The notes beneath the pieces were generated by a model. It made no database searches, was not told where the DNA came from, and was given only the letters and a program-made list of their open reading frames with translations. From Treponemataceae bacterium (GTDB lineage: Bacteria > Spirochaetota > Spirochaetia > Treponematales > Rectinemataceae), in the NCBI GenBank assembly GCA_963678065.2, contig CAXXVZ010000003.1, positions 1,184,001-1,248,000 on the forward strand: a stretch of 64,000 nt of DNA, written 5' to 3'. Shown piece by piece: positions 54,220 through 62,593 of the stretch. Each line of letters opens with the position of its first letter. The first letter of the stretch is position 1. Made by a program: the position numbers and the translations under genes.

Positions 54220-55224
54220 TCAAGGACTGCCGCGGGAGCTGCCCGAAGCTGCGACGGGATGGTCGCCGGCGTCGGCACCGATGCTCCCGCCGAGCCGTCT
54301 GCCGATGCGGGCCGCGAACCAGCCGGTCAAGTCCGCGATCACCTCATCGCGGTTGGTTTCATTCAGCGTCTCGTGGCGACCGCCGGGATAACAGCGGGCC
54401 GTGAAATCCGAAAGTCCGAGCGAGGCCAGTCTCTCTCTCTGTTCGGCGTAGCCCTTCTCCTTCCCGACTACCGGATCATCCGAACCGCAGAAGAAATATA
54501 CCGGCAGCGATTTCGGCACCCTGTCGAGGAAACCGGGGGCATAGACGAGCTTCGTTCCTTCGAAAACATCCCTGTAGAAGGAATAGCTGCAGGTAAAGGA
54601 GCAGGCCGGATCCGCCATATAGGCGGCGACGACGGCGGGATCGCGGGAAATCCAGTCGCAGGGGGTCTTCGCGCCGGAAATGGAGCGCGCATAGTCGCCG
54701 AAGGTCATGGCCTTGGGAAGCTTGCCCGGGGCTCGTGCGCCCTTGAACAGAGTCCCGAGCTCTATGATGATCTTCCCTCCGAGGTTCAGGACCATGGTTG
54801 GCTTTGAGGGAGGGGCCGAGAGGACGCAGCCGGCGAGATCGGAGCCGTAGAGACCTATGAAGGCCAGGCCGAGGAGGGAGCCGAAGGAGTGCCCCAAATA
54901 GTACAGGGGCAGACCGCTGTTTTCCTTCCGCGCCGCGAGTCCGAGTTCGTGGAGGTCGTCCACGACCCGCCTGAATCCTCCGGTTTCGGCGAGGAAACCC
55001 CAATTTCCATCTTTATCCGTCTCCCCGTGGCCGCGGAGGTCGGGAATGCAGACGGCCAGGCCGAGCCCCGAGAGGACCGAGGCGAGGCGAAGGTAGCGCG
55101 CTCCGTGCTCTACCATGCCGTGGGCGACGAGCAGAACGGCCTTCGGCTGTCCTTCGGGAAGAATTCGGCGCACGAATATGCGCTTTCCGTCTGTCGCCGC
55201 GAACTTGAATGTATCGGATCCCAT
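54220..55224 (-). CDS. Alpha/beta hydrolase (lysophospholipase/monoglyceride lipase-like)
   Basis: HGMVEH..RY, DLRGHG, GHSFG nucleophile elbow, G..DPV, RHE..NE. Start at ATG 55224. Confidence 0.92.
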   Translation of the reverse strand: MGSDTFKFAATDGKRIFVRRILPEGQPKAVLLVAHGMVEHGARYLRLASVLSGLGLAVCIPDLRGHGETDKDGNWGFLAETGGFRRVVDDLHELGLAARKENSGLPLYYLGHSFGSLLGLAFIGLYGSDLAGCVLSAPPSKPTMVLNLGGKIIIELGTLFKGARAPGKLPKAMTFGDYARSISGAKTPCDWISRDPAVVAAYMADPACSFTCSYSFYRDVFEGTKLVYAPGFLDRVPKSLPVYFFCGSDDPVVGKEKGYAEQRERLASLGLSDFTARCYPGGRHETLNETNRDEVIADLTGWFAARIGRRLGGSIGADAGDHPVAASGSSRGSP

Positions 55225-55349
55225 GATATCCCCTTTTCGGTCTTCCGGGAGGAAGAGCAATTCCGGCCAGGACGAGGACCGCAGCCAAAATCTTACACTC
55301 AGCAGGACCTGCAAGCAAGTTGGGTGGCGAGATTGCCCAGAGCACTGCA

Positions 55350-55414
55350 TCGCGGGGCTCGCCAAGATCGGGCCTCGCCCCGAACAGGGGCTCGCGGGGC
55401 TCGCCAAGACCGGG
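55350..55414. repeat. 23-bp direct repeat (1 mismatch) in a divergent intergenic region
   Basis: TCGCGGGGCTCGCCAAGATCGGG at 55350-55372 and TCGCGGGGCTCGCCAAGACCGGG at 55392-55414. Confidence 0.8.
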
Positions 55415-55470
55415 GCGGCCAGCTATCATCGGAAAAAAGAGGAATGCATGCCTTATCTCCGGAGGTATTT

Positions 55471-55998
55471 CTGAAGACCATTCACAGCGCGAGCGCGGAA
55501 GAGACTGTGGCGCTCGGAGAAATAATAGGCCGAAACGCTCACGGGGGCTCCGTGATCGCGTTCCGGGGCGATCTCGGAGCCGGAAAAACGACGATGTCCA
55601 AGGGCATCGCCGCGGGTCTCGGAATCACGGACGAGGTGACTTCGCCCACCTTCACCATAATTTCCGAGTATGATGGCAGACTCAGGCTCTGCCACGTCGA
55701 CGCCTGGCGCCTCGGCGGTCCCGGAGATTTCGAGGAGATCGGCGGATTCGACATGGTTTCGGACCCCGAAACCCTCCTTCTCGTCGAGTGGAGCGAGAAG
55801 CTCGGAGAGACCCTTCCCCCGGAAAGCGCCATCGTCGACATACGGGTTCTGTCCGACGGCAGCCGTACGATCCGTGTCGAGGGAGCATGGCTCGAAGAAA
55901 TCCTTTCAGTTCCCGAAGACAGGTCGGGGCCGGCAGCCGGGGAACAGGGATCGGGACAGGAATCCGGCCCGGCCTCATCGACCAAGGAGCACGCATGA
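55471..55998 (+). CDS. tsaE: tRNA t6A biosynthesis ATPase TsaE (start CTG 55471 or ATG 55444)
   Basis: GDLGAGKTT, VTSPTF, H.DAWRL, VEW; directly upstream of tsaB. Confidence 0.94.
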   Translation: MKTIHSASAEETVALGEIIGRNAHGGSVIAFRGDLGAGKTTMSKGIAAGLGITDEVTSPTFTIISEYDGRLRLCHVDAWRLGGPGDFEEIGGFDMVSDPETLLLVEWSEKLGETLPPESAIVDIRVLSDGSRTIRVEGAWLEEILSVPEDRSGPAAGEQGSGQESGPASSTKEHA

Positions 55999-56657
55999 AC
56001 GTCCTCGCCTTCGACACATCCTCGTCCACACTCTCCGTCGCGCTTGTGGGCGCGGCCGGGAGTGTATCCTTCTCGATCAGCATGGGCACAAAGCACACCG
56101 AGAGGCTCATGGATGCTATCGACATCTGCGTTTCGAGATCGGGAATGGCGAAGACCGACATCGACCTCGTCGCATGCGCCCTCGGGCCGGGATCATTCAC
56201 GGGCCTCAGAATCGGCATGGCGACGGCAAAAGGCCTCGCCCTGGCGCTCGGACTGCCCTGGGTGGCCGTTCCGACCCTGGATTGCCACGCATTCGGACTG
56301 GATTCCTTCCCGGGCGCCGTCGTCCCAGTCATAGACGGCAAAAAAGGGCGCGTGTATGCGGCCGTCTACGAGAGGGGCCGGAGAGTGGGTGACTGGCTGG
56401 ACATCAGCGCAGGCGATCTTGTCGGGAAAGTCGACGCATACGCCGACCTGCTCTTCTGCGGCCCCGACGCGGGGCTGTTCGAGGGCACATGCCTGGAAAG
56501 ACCCGGGTTCAGGATTTACAAACGGGGCGAGGCGGGCTCAGGCGAGGCCATGGCCGCGCTCGCGATCAGGATCTTCGCGGAGGAAGGTCCCGCCCGGGAT
56601 GATGCGGCCCCTCTCTATCTGCGCCCGCCCGAGGCGGAAGAGAGCATCTTGAGGTAG
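55995..56657 (+). CDS. tsaB: tRNA t6A biosynthesis protein TsaB
   Basis: MNVLAFDTS, HTERL, GPGSFTGLRIG...AKGLA, PLYLR. Confidence 0.95.
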   Translation: MNVLAFDTSSSTLSVALVGAAGSVSFSISMGTKHTERLMDAIDICVSRSGMAKTDIDLVACALGPGSFTGLRIGMATAKGLALALGLPWVAVPTLDCHAFGLDSFPGAVVPVIDGKKGRVYAAVYERGRRVGDWLDISAGDLVGKVDAYADLLFCGPDAGLFEGTCLERPGFRIYKRGEAGSGEAMAALAIRIFAEEGPARDDAAPLYLRPPEAEESILR

Positions 56658-57763
56658 ACCCTGCGACGCTTGTGCTGCCGCTTCTCGTAATCCTTCCACA
56701 GGCCGTGAACCTGGACGTTCGTCTCGAGCTCCGGATTGGACTCGGCGAAACGGACACCCGACTTGATGGCACTCAGGTTGAAGGCCGTCATGAGGAGGGC
56801 TATCACGCCGCGGGCCTGGTACTCCGGCCTCACGGCGACGAGGAGCATGTCCACGATCTCCGGTTTGCGCATCGCCTTGATGAGGTAATACCAGCCGAAG
56901 GGGAAAAGCGCCCCCTTGCACTTGTTGAGGGCATCCGAGATGTTCGGCACGGAGAAACCGAAGCCGGCCAGCTTCCCCTCGGCATCGACGAGAACCTTGA
57001 TGAACCGAGGATCGGCGAATCCGAGATATTGCTTGACATAGCCGTCGACCTGGCCCTTGGAGAGCGGAGTGGTCCCGTACAGATGCGAGTAGGTCTCGTC
57101 GAGCATGCCGAATATCTGACTGCCGAAGCGCGCCACCAGCTCTTTGGACTTCTTCCACTCGTAGACCGTGATGCCCGTGCGCTTGGCGATGACGTCCTGG
57201 ACGCGCTGGACCTTCTCGGGTATGGATTCAGGCACACTGACGAGGAACTCGATCCAGTCGATGTCCTTGATGTAGCCGAGCCTCTCCAGAAAGTCGCGGT
57301 AGTAGGGATAGTTGTAGATAGTGGCGAAGGTACCCCGTTCCTGGAATCCTTCGACGAGGAGACCCTCGCGGTCGAGATCCGTGAAGCCGAGCGGGCCGTG
57401 CACGCCGTCCATACCCTTCGAGCGCGCCCACTCCTCCACCGTCGAGATGAGGAGCGAGGCCACCTCGAAATCCTCGACAAAATCGACCCAGCCGAAGCGC
57501 GCGTACTTGTTGCCCCACTTCTCGATGTATCGACGATTGATGATGCCGGCTATCCGCCCGACCATGACCCCATCGCGCCAGGCCGTCCAGTATTCTGCTT
57601 CGCAGAACTCGAAGGAGGGATTCTTGTCTTTCCTGAGGGTGTTCATGTCGTCGAAGCGGGGAGCCGGAACCCACTGAGGCACTCCCGCGTACATGCTCGC
57701 CGGAAATTTCACGAATGCCCTCAGCTGGGCCCGATTTTCCACTTTGCGGATTTGTACGCTCAT
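56615..57763 (-). CDS. GNAT-fold protein (YghO-like)
   Basis: VGRIAGIIN, ARFGW.DF, GPLGF, GLLVEGF, YNYPYY, VRPEYQARGV. Start at ATG 57763. Confidence 0.8.
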   Translation of the reverse strand: MSVQIRKVENRAQLRAFVKFPASMYAGVPQWVPAPRFDDMNTLRKDKNPSFEFCEAEYWTAWRDGVMVGRIAGIINRRYIEKWGNKYARFGWVDFVEDFEVASLLISTVEEWARSKGMDGVHGPLGFTDLDREGLLVEGFQERGTFATIYNYPYYRDFLERLGYIKDIDWIEFLVSVPESIPEKVQRVQDVIAKRTGITVYEWKKSKELVARFGSQIFGMLDETYSHLYGTTPLSKGQVDGYVKQYLGFADPRFIKVLVDAEGKLAGFGFSVPNISDALNKCKGALFPFGWYYLIKAMRKPEIVDMLLVAVRPEYQARGVIALLMTAFNLSAIKSGVRFAESNPELETNVQVHGLWKDYEKRQHKRRRVYLKMLSSASGGRR

Positions 57764-58062
57764 GGTTTCTCCTCGATCGCAGACCTGGATTCGCGCTTCC
57801 ATTCCGAGACAAAATACTCGTATGCGGCCACCGTGGCAGACATGACGATGTCGCCGAGCTCCCCCCTGCCGATCCAGTCGTTCCCGTCGGAAACATAGAG
57901 ATGCCCGAGAATTCTTTCCGCATCACCGATGCCGAACTCGGCGTCGCGCGCTCTGCGGAGGACAAGCAGCCTCAGTGTTCCCTCGAACACTTCGCTGTAT
58001 TTCGCCTCGCGCCAGTCGGGATTCTCCGAGGAATCGCCAATACCAGTGCCCTTCATATCCAT
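57760..58062 (-). CDS. Conserved-looking hypothetical protein (~100 aa)
   Basis: ORF whose stop overlaps the GNAT gene start; LYVSDGNDW.GRG motif; upstream promoter-like TTGCAT-16-TATACT. Start uncertain. Confidence 0.65.
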   Translation of the reverse strand: MDMKGTGIGDSSENPDWREAKYSEVFEGTLRLLVLRRARDAEFGIGDAERILGHLYVSDGNDWIGRGELGDIVMSATVAAYEYFVSEWKRESRSAIEEKP

Positions 58063-58095
58063 AGTTTCACCACAATTCCATAGTTCCACCACAAT
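58058..58095. repeat. 19-bp tandem duplication (1 mismatch)
   Basis: TCCATAGTTTCACCACAAT (58058-58076) followed by TCCATAGTTCCACCACAAT (58077-58095). Confidence 0.8.
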
Positions 58096-58415
58096 GCCTG
58101 GATCTGCCGGAAAACGGCTCAGTATATACGGTTTCCCGGATTATGCAAATAAAAACGGCTGCAACCACCCCTTTGGGTCGATTCGGCCTGCACGGCGGGA
58201 AGACGGCCTCAATAAATCGAATATTCAACCAGCCACGGCGGGAGAATGCTGCAAGAACCAACAGAGGGTCAAGTATGACATTGACTGATCTGCGATGGCC
58301 TTGAGTCTCATGCCAGCGGAACCTGCCTGACGTGCAGGCGCCGCGGCCATAGTTCGTTCCTCAACCCTTCACCGTATGGTCATGCCTTTGTTATGGCAAG
58401 CAAATATCGGTTATG

Positions 58416-58433
58416 AATATTAACGATAATATT
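58416..58433. promoter_or_regulatory. Candidate LacI-family operator, upstream copy
   Basis: AATATTAACGATAATATT, a near-perfect palindrome with central CG. Confidence 0.7.
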
Positions 58434-58522
58434 GATGTATTATAGTAAAATACGCAAAATAATGTCATATTAAGTTGTATATCGCAATAAATAACTCTTG
58501 ACAAATTAAGAAACCACATAGA

Positions 58523-58538
58523 ATATTATCGATAATAT
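58523..58538. promoter_or_regulatory. Candidate LacI-family operator overlapping the start codon
   Basis: Perfect palindrome ATATTATCGATAATAT with central CG, downstream of TTGACA (58498-58503) and TAGAAT (58519-58524). Confidence 0.75.
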
Positions 58539-59544
58539 GCGCACTTCACTTAAACAGCTGGCCGACATGAGCGGCTATTCGATCAATACCGTTTCGCGGG
58601 CTCTGCGGAATGAGAGCGACGTAAAAGACGAGACCAAGCTCGCAATCCAGCAGCTTGCCCGGGAGATGGGATACATACCCAACACCGTGGCCAAAAGCCT
58701 GAGAACGGGAAGGACGAATGTGATCGGCGTCGTCTCCGCGGACTCCTCGAATCCCTTCTTCGCGGAAGTGATCCTTGGCATCGAGGATGCCGCCCGCGCG
58801 TGTGATTACCACATACTTCTCGTCAATACGGAGGAGTCTCCGGCACAGGAACGCGAGGCTATCGACGTCCTCGTGGAGCGTCAGGTGGACGGACTGCTCC
58901 TTATGCCGGTATGCGGGGAACACAGCAACGTCGAATACCTCAAAACGCTCGGCATTCCCTTCATCCTCGTGGGCCGGTGGCTCCCGGGGCTTGAAGACCA
59001 CTCGGTCCTGACCGACGAGTACGAAAAGGCCAAGGAGATAACCTCACTGTTCCTGGCGAACGGGCACAGGGACATCCTCCACCTGGCAGGGCCCTCCTTC
59101 GTGAGCAGCTCCTACGACCGGCTGAGGGGATACCGCGACGCCCTCGCGCTCGCGGGTGTCCCTGTCCAGGAGAAACTGATCATCGAGACCGACGGGCATA
59201 CGGAGGACGGCCACCGTCAGATCAATGCCCTGATCCGCAAGGAAATTTCTTTTACGGCCGTCTTCGCCTTCAACGATCTCGTGGCACTCGGCGCGTTGCG
59301 GGCACTCAAGGAGTCAGGCTTCCGCGTGCCGAAGGATATCGAGGTGATGGGCTTCGACGACCTCGACTATTCCCGCTACCTCTACCTGAGCCTGAGTTCT
59401 GTGCGGATACCGAAACAACAGCTGGGTCGCGCCGCTTTCGAAGATCTACGTGAGCACATGCAGGGAATGGAGGTTCCTTACCGGAAAAGAACGCTCGAAT
59501 CCCGCATCATGCTTCGCGAGACCACGTTATTTGAAGAGCCCTGA
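58537..59544 (+). CDS. LacI-family transcriptional regulator
   Basis: SLKQLA..SG.S..TVSRAL, YIPN.VA.SL hinge helix, FAFND..A.G, GFDD. Confidence 0.97.
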   Translation: MRTSLKQLADMSGYSINTVSRALRNESDVKDETKLAIQQLAREMGYIPNTVAKSLRTGRTNVIGVVSADSSNPFFAEVILGIEDAARACDYHILLVNTEESPAQEREAIDVLVERQVDGLLLMPVCGEHSNVEYLKTLGIPFILVGRWLPGLEDHSVLTDEYEKAKEITSLFLANGHRDILHLAGPSFVSSSYDRLRGYRDALALAGVPVQEKLIIETDGHTEDGHRQINALIRKEISFTAVFAFNDLVALGALRALKESGFRVPKDIEVMGFDDLDYSRYLYLSLSSVRIPKQQLGRAAFEDLREHMQGMEVPYRKRTLESRIMLRETTLFEEP

Positions 59545-59568
59545 GGGGCAAGTACAAGGAGGCATCAG

Positions 59569-60822
59569 GTGAAAAGACTGACAGTCATGGCCATGGCCGC
59601 GCTTCTGCTCTTCGTGGGCACATCCGTGGGCGCCGAGGGCGCGGGCAAGCCCAAGGAAATCACATTCTGGTCCCTGTTCACCGGAGGAGACGGCGAGTTC
59701 TTCGACGCGATGGTGGCAGCATTCAACGCTTCGCAGAACGAGATCGTCATGAAGACCGATACGGTCAAGTTCGACAGCTACTATACGAAGCTCACGGCCG
59801 CGCTCGCGGCGAAGACCGCGCCCGACGTCGTGGTGATGCACCAGGACCGGCTACCCGGTTACGTGCCCAACGGGGTCCTGCTTCCTCTCGATGAGTACAT
59901 CAAGAAAACGGGAATCGACATGAACACCTTCGAACCCGGCCCGCTCGCGAATACCAAATTCAACGGCAAGACCTACGCGATCCCGATGGATGTGCACCCC
60001 CTCATCATGTACTACAACAAGACTCTGTTCGCGAAGGCGGGAGTCACCAAGGTTCCCGAAACCCTGCCCGACCTGATCGCCGCGGCGAAGGCCATCCAGG
60101 ACAGGACGGGAGCAATCGGCATCGCGGCGGACAACACGACCGCAACCTACAAGGCCTACACTCTGACCCGCATGTTCATGTCGATGCTCATGGAGCAGGG
60201 TTTCACCACTCTGGACGCCGCCAACGCCAAGGCGAACTTCAACAATGAAGCGGGCATCAAAGCGTATCAGGCCCTCTCGGAAATGGTGAACAAGTACGGC
60301 GTCATACCTGAAGGCCTCGATTATGATTCTTCCGTCGCCGACTTCAAACTGGGAAAGGCTGGCTTCCACTTCAACGGCGTCTGGGTGACGGGCGCATTTG
60401 AGGCTCAGAGCGGTCTCGACTTCGGCGCCGTGAAGTTCCCTGCCTTTTTCGGAAAGAGTGCGGGCTGGGCCGGCTCCCACACCTTCGCCGTGCCGGTACA
60501 GAACAGGATCGAAGAGGATAAAATACTCGCGGTCATGAAATTCATCGACTGGATGACGAACCATGGCGAGATGTGGGCGAAGGCCGGGCATATCCCCACG
60601 AGGAAGACGGTGATCTCGAAGGCCGAGTTCAAGAGCCTTCCCCACCGTGCGGAATACGCTGACGCCGTAAAGTACTCCTTCGCCACTCCCGGGACTCCGA
60701 AGTGGCCGGAATGCTACAATGCGATCTCCGATTCCCTCGAAGAATCCATCGCGCTCAACAAGGACTCGAGGACGGCTCTTGCACAGATGGAAAAAATCAT
60801 CAACGACATTCTGAAGAAGTAA
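59569..60822 (+). CDS. Carbohydrate ABC transporter substrate-binding protein
   Basis: GTG start behind AAGGAGG; signal peptide; APDV, YAIP.D, YYNK.LF, F..GK, G.W (CUT1 SBP pattern). Confidence 0.93.
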   Translation: MKRLTVMAMAALLLFVGTSVGAEGAGKPKEITFWSLFTGGDGEFFDAMVAAFNASQNEIVMKTDTVKFDSYYTKLTAALAAKTAPDVVVMHQDRLPGYVPNGVLLPLDEYIKKTGIDMNTFEPGPLANTKFNGKTYAIPMDVHPLIMYYNKTLFAKAGVTKVPETLPDLIAAAKAIQDRTGAIGIAADNTTATYKAYTLTRMFMSMLMEQGFTTLDAANAKANFNNEAGIKAYQALSEMVNKYGVIPEGLDYDSSVADFKLGKAGFHFNGVWVTGAFEAQSGLDFGAVKFPAFFGKSAGWAGSHTFAVPVQNRIEEDKILAVMKFIDWMTNHGEMWAKAGHIPTRKTVISKAEFKSLPHRAEYADAVKYSFATPGTPKWPECYNAISDSLEESIALNKDSRTALAQMEKIINDILKK

Positions 60823-60842
60823 AGTCGCCTTGCTCCAATCCT

Positions 60843-60882
60843 GCGCGGCGGGGCGCGTCCCAGAGGATGCGTCCCGCCGCGC
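60843..60882 (+). other. GC-rich intercistronic stem-loop after the SBP gene
   Basis: GCGCGGCGGGGCGCGTCC-caga-GGATGCGTCCCGCCGCGC, 18-bp stem including G-U pairs, no U-tract. Confidence 0.7.
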
Positions 60883-60910
60883 GGGCAATCTGCCTCCAGG
60901 GAGAAATTCC

Positions 60911-61780
60911 ATGCATCGCGCCGATCACACGACCAGGGATATCATACTTTTCTCCGCGCCTTTTCTGGTCGTGTACAGTGTATTCCTTGTGTTTCCGGTG
61001 ATCTATGGAATCTACCTGAGCTTCTTCGACTGGAATATCCTGTCGGCAAAGGCTTTCGTGGGGATCAAAAACTACCTGGAGGCATTCAGGGACCAGAAAT
61101 TCCTTTCGTCTCTCGGGCACACCTGCCAATTTGTGCTCTTGTCCACGCCGAGCATCATAATCGTGGGATTCCTGATGGCGCTCGTCGCTGTCCGCCCTTC
61201 GGGCCCGGGCAAGGCGGCCGAGACCATCTTTTTCCTTCCGTACGTTCTGTCGACCGCCGTTGTCGGCACGCTGTGGGGGTGGATTTTCCAGAAAAACTTC
61301 GGACTGCTGAACCAGATTCTGATTCAGGCGGGATTGCGGCCGGTCGGATGGCTCACCGATCCGAAGTACGCCATGATCGCTGTCGCCTGGGCAACTCTGT
61401 GGTGGACGGCGGGCTTCAATATGATTCTCTTCTCGGCCGGAATGAAGCAGATTCCCGATGAAATTTACGATTCCGCGCGCCTCGACGGGGCAGGGAGCTT
61501 CACGACGCTCGTCAGGATCACGATACCGCTTCTCAGGGACACAACGCTGCTCGTTGGCATCCTACAGCTCATCGCTTCGTTCAAGGTATTCGGCCAAGCG
61601 TACGTTATGACTGGTGGGGGTCCCTACGGCAGGACACGGGTGCTGGTCCAGTATGTCTACGAGACCGGATTCAGCTACTTCAGACTGGGCTACGCGTCCG
61701 CGATGTCTATCCTGCTCTTCCTGGTCATCCTGATCATTTCAGCCTTCCAATACTTCGCCAACAAGGACGACGGACGATGA
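60911..61780 (+). CDS. Carbohydrate ABC transporter permease (MalF-like)
   Basis: FVG.KNY, FLPYVLS, EAA loop (YDSARLDGA), MTGGGP, GYASA. Start at ATG 60911. Confidence 0.94.
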   Translation: MHRADHTTRDIILFSAPFLVVYSVFLVFPVIYGIYLSFFDWNILSAKAFVGIKNYLEAFRDQKFLSSLGHTCQFVLLSTPSIIIVGFLMALVAVRPSGPGKAAETIFFLPYVLSTAVVGTLWGWIFQKNFGLLNQILIQAGLRPVGWLTDPKYAMIAVAWATLWWTAGFNMILFSAGMKQIPDEIYDSARLDGAGSFTTLVRITIPLLRDTTLLVGILQLIASFKVFGQAYVMTGGGPYGRTRVLVQYVYETGFSYFRLGYASAMSILLFLVILIISAFQYFANKDDGR

Positions 61781-62586
61781 AAAAGATCATGGGGAACGTA
61801 GCGCTCGTCCTTCTGCTTATCCTCTGGCTCGCGCCCCTCCTTTGGCTCGTCGTAACGTCGCTCAAGGCCGAGAAGGACGTCATGACCGATCGCCTGACCT
61901 TCTTTTCCGCCGCGCCGACCATCGTGAATTACGCGAAGGCCTTCGGGAAAACGGCCATAGGCAGGTGGCTCATGAACTCCGCCATCGTGGCCTCGGTCGC
62001 GACGACACTGACGTTGATACTCGATTCCACGATGGCATTCGTGCTATCCCGCATCAGATTCCGCGGCAGGAACGCGCTTTTCCTCTTCGTGCTGGCGGGT
62101 ATGATGATACCCTTCGAGGTGATCATCATACAGCTTTATCTCCTGTTCAACGCGATGGGGCTCGTCGACTCTCTGGCCGCGGTGGTCATTCCACGCCTGG
62201 CTCTGCCCATCGGTGTATTCATCCTCGCGCAGTTCTTCAACGGTATACCCGTAGCGCTCGAGGAAGCCGCCTACATGGATGGCGCGAACCGTTTCACGGT
62301 ATTCCGCGCCATCATCATCCCGCTGAGCAAGTCGGCCCTTTTCGCCGTCGCCATCCTCTCCTTCGTCAATGCCTGGAACGATTTCCTCTGGCCCCTCGTG
62401 GTGGTCTCCGATTCGGCGAAATACACCGTGACAGTCGGCATCGCCAATTTCCAGGGTACGCACGGCACGGAGTACTCGCTCATCATGGCGGGCGCCGCCA
62501 TCGCGTCCATTCCGCAGGTGGCGATGTACCTCCTGTTCAAGAAAAACATTGTCAAGGGGATAGCCATGACGGGGATAAAAGGGTAG
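61777..62586 (+). CDS. Carbohydrate ABC transporter permease (MalG-like)
   Basis: SLK, NY, NS, MIP, LEEAAYMDGA, WNDFLWP, C-terminal GIKG. Confidence 0.95.
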   Translation: MKKIMGNVALVLLLILWLAPLLWLVVTSLKAEKDVMTDRLTFFSAAPTIVNYAKAFGKTAIGRWLMNSAIVASVATTLTLILDSTMAFVLSRIRFRGRNALFLFVLAGMMIPFEVIIIQLYLLFNAMGLVDSLAAVVIPRLALPIGVFILAQFFNGIPVALEEAAYMDGANRFTVFRAIIIPLSKSALFAVAILSFVNAWNDFLWPLVVVSDSAKYTVTVGIANFQGTHGTEYSLIMAGAAIASIPQVAMYLLFKKNIVKGIAMTGIKG

Positions 62587-62593
62587 CGGGTCG

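Noticed and set aside
56615..56657. Convergent 3' overlaps (tsaB/GNAT 43 nt; methyltransferase/helicase 26 nt at 30740-30765)
   Set aside because: Short tail-to-tail overlaps are common in compact GC-rich genomes; no sign of a special function.
58170..58380. Unassigned intergenic DNA with a repeated CACGGCGGGA decamer, as a possible sRNA or IS remnant
   Set aside because: No terminal inverted repeats, transposase fragment, terminator or recognisable RNA fold could be supported.
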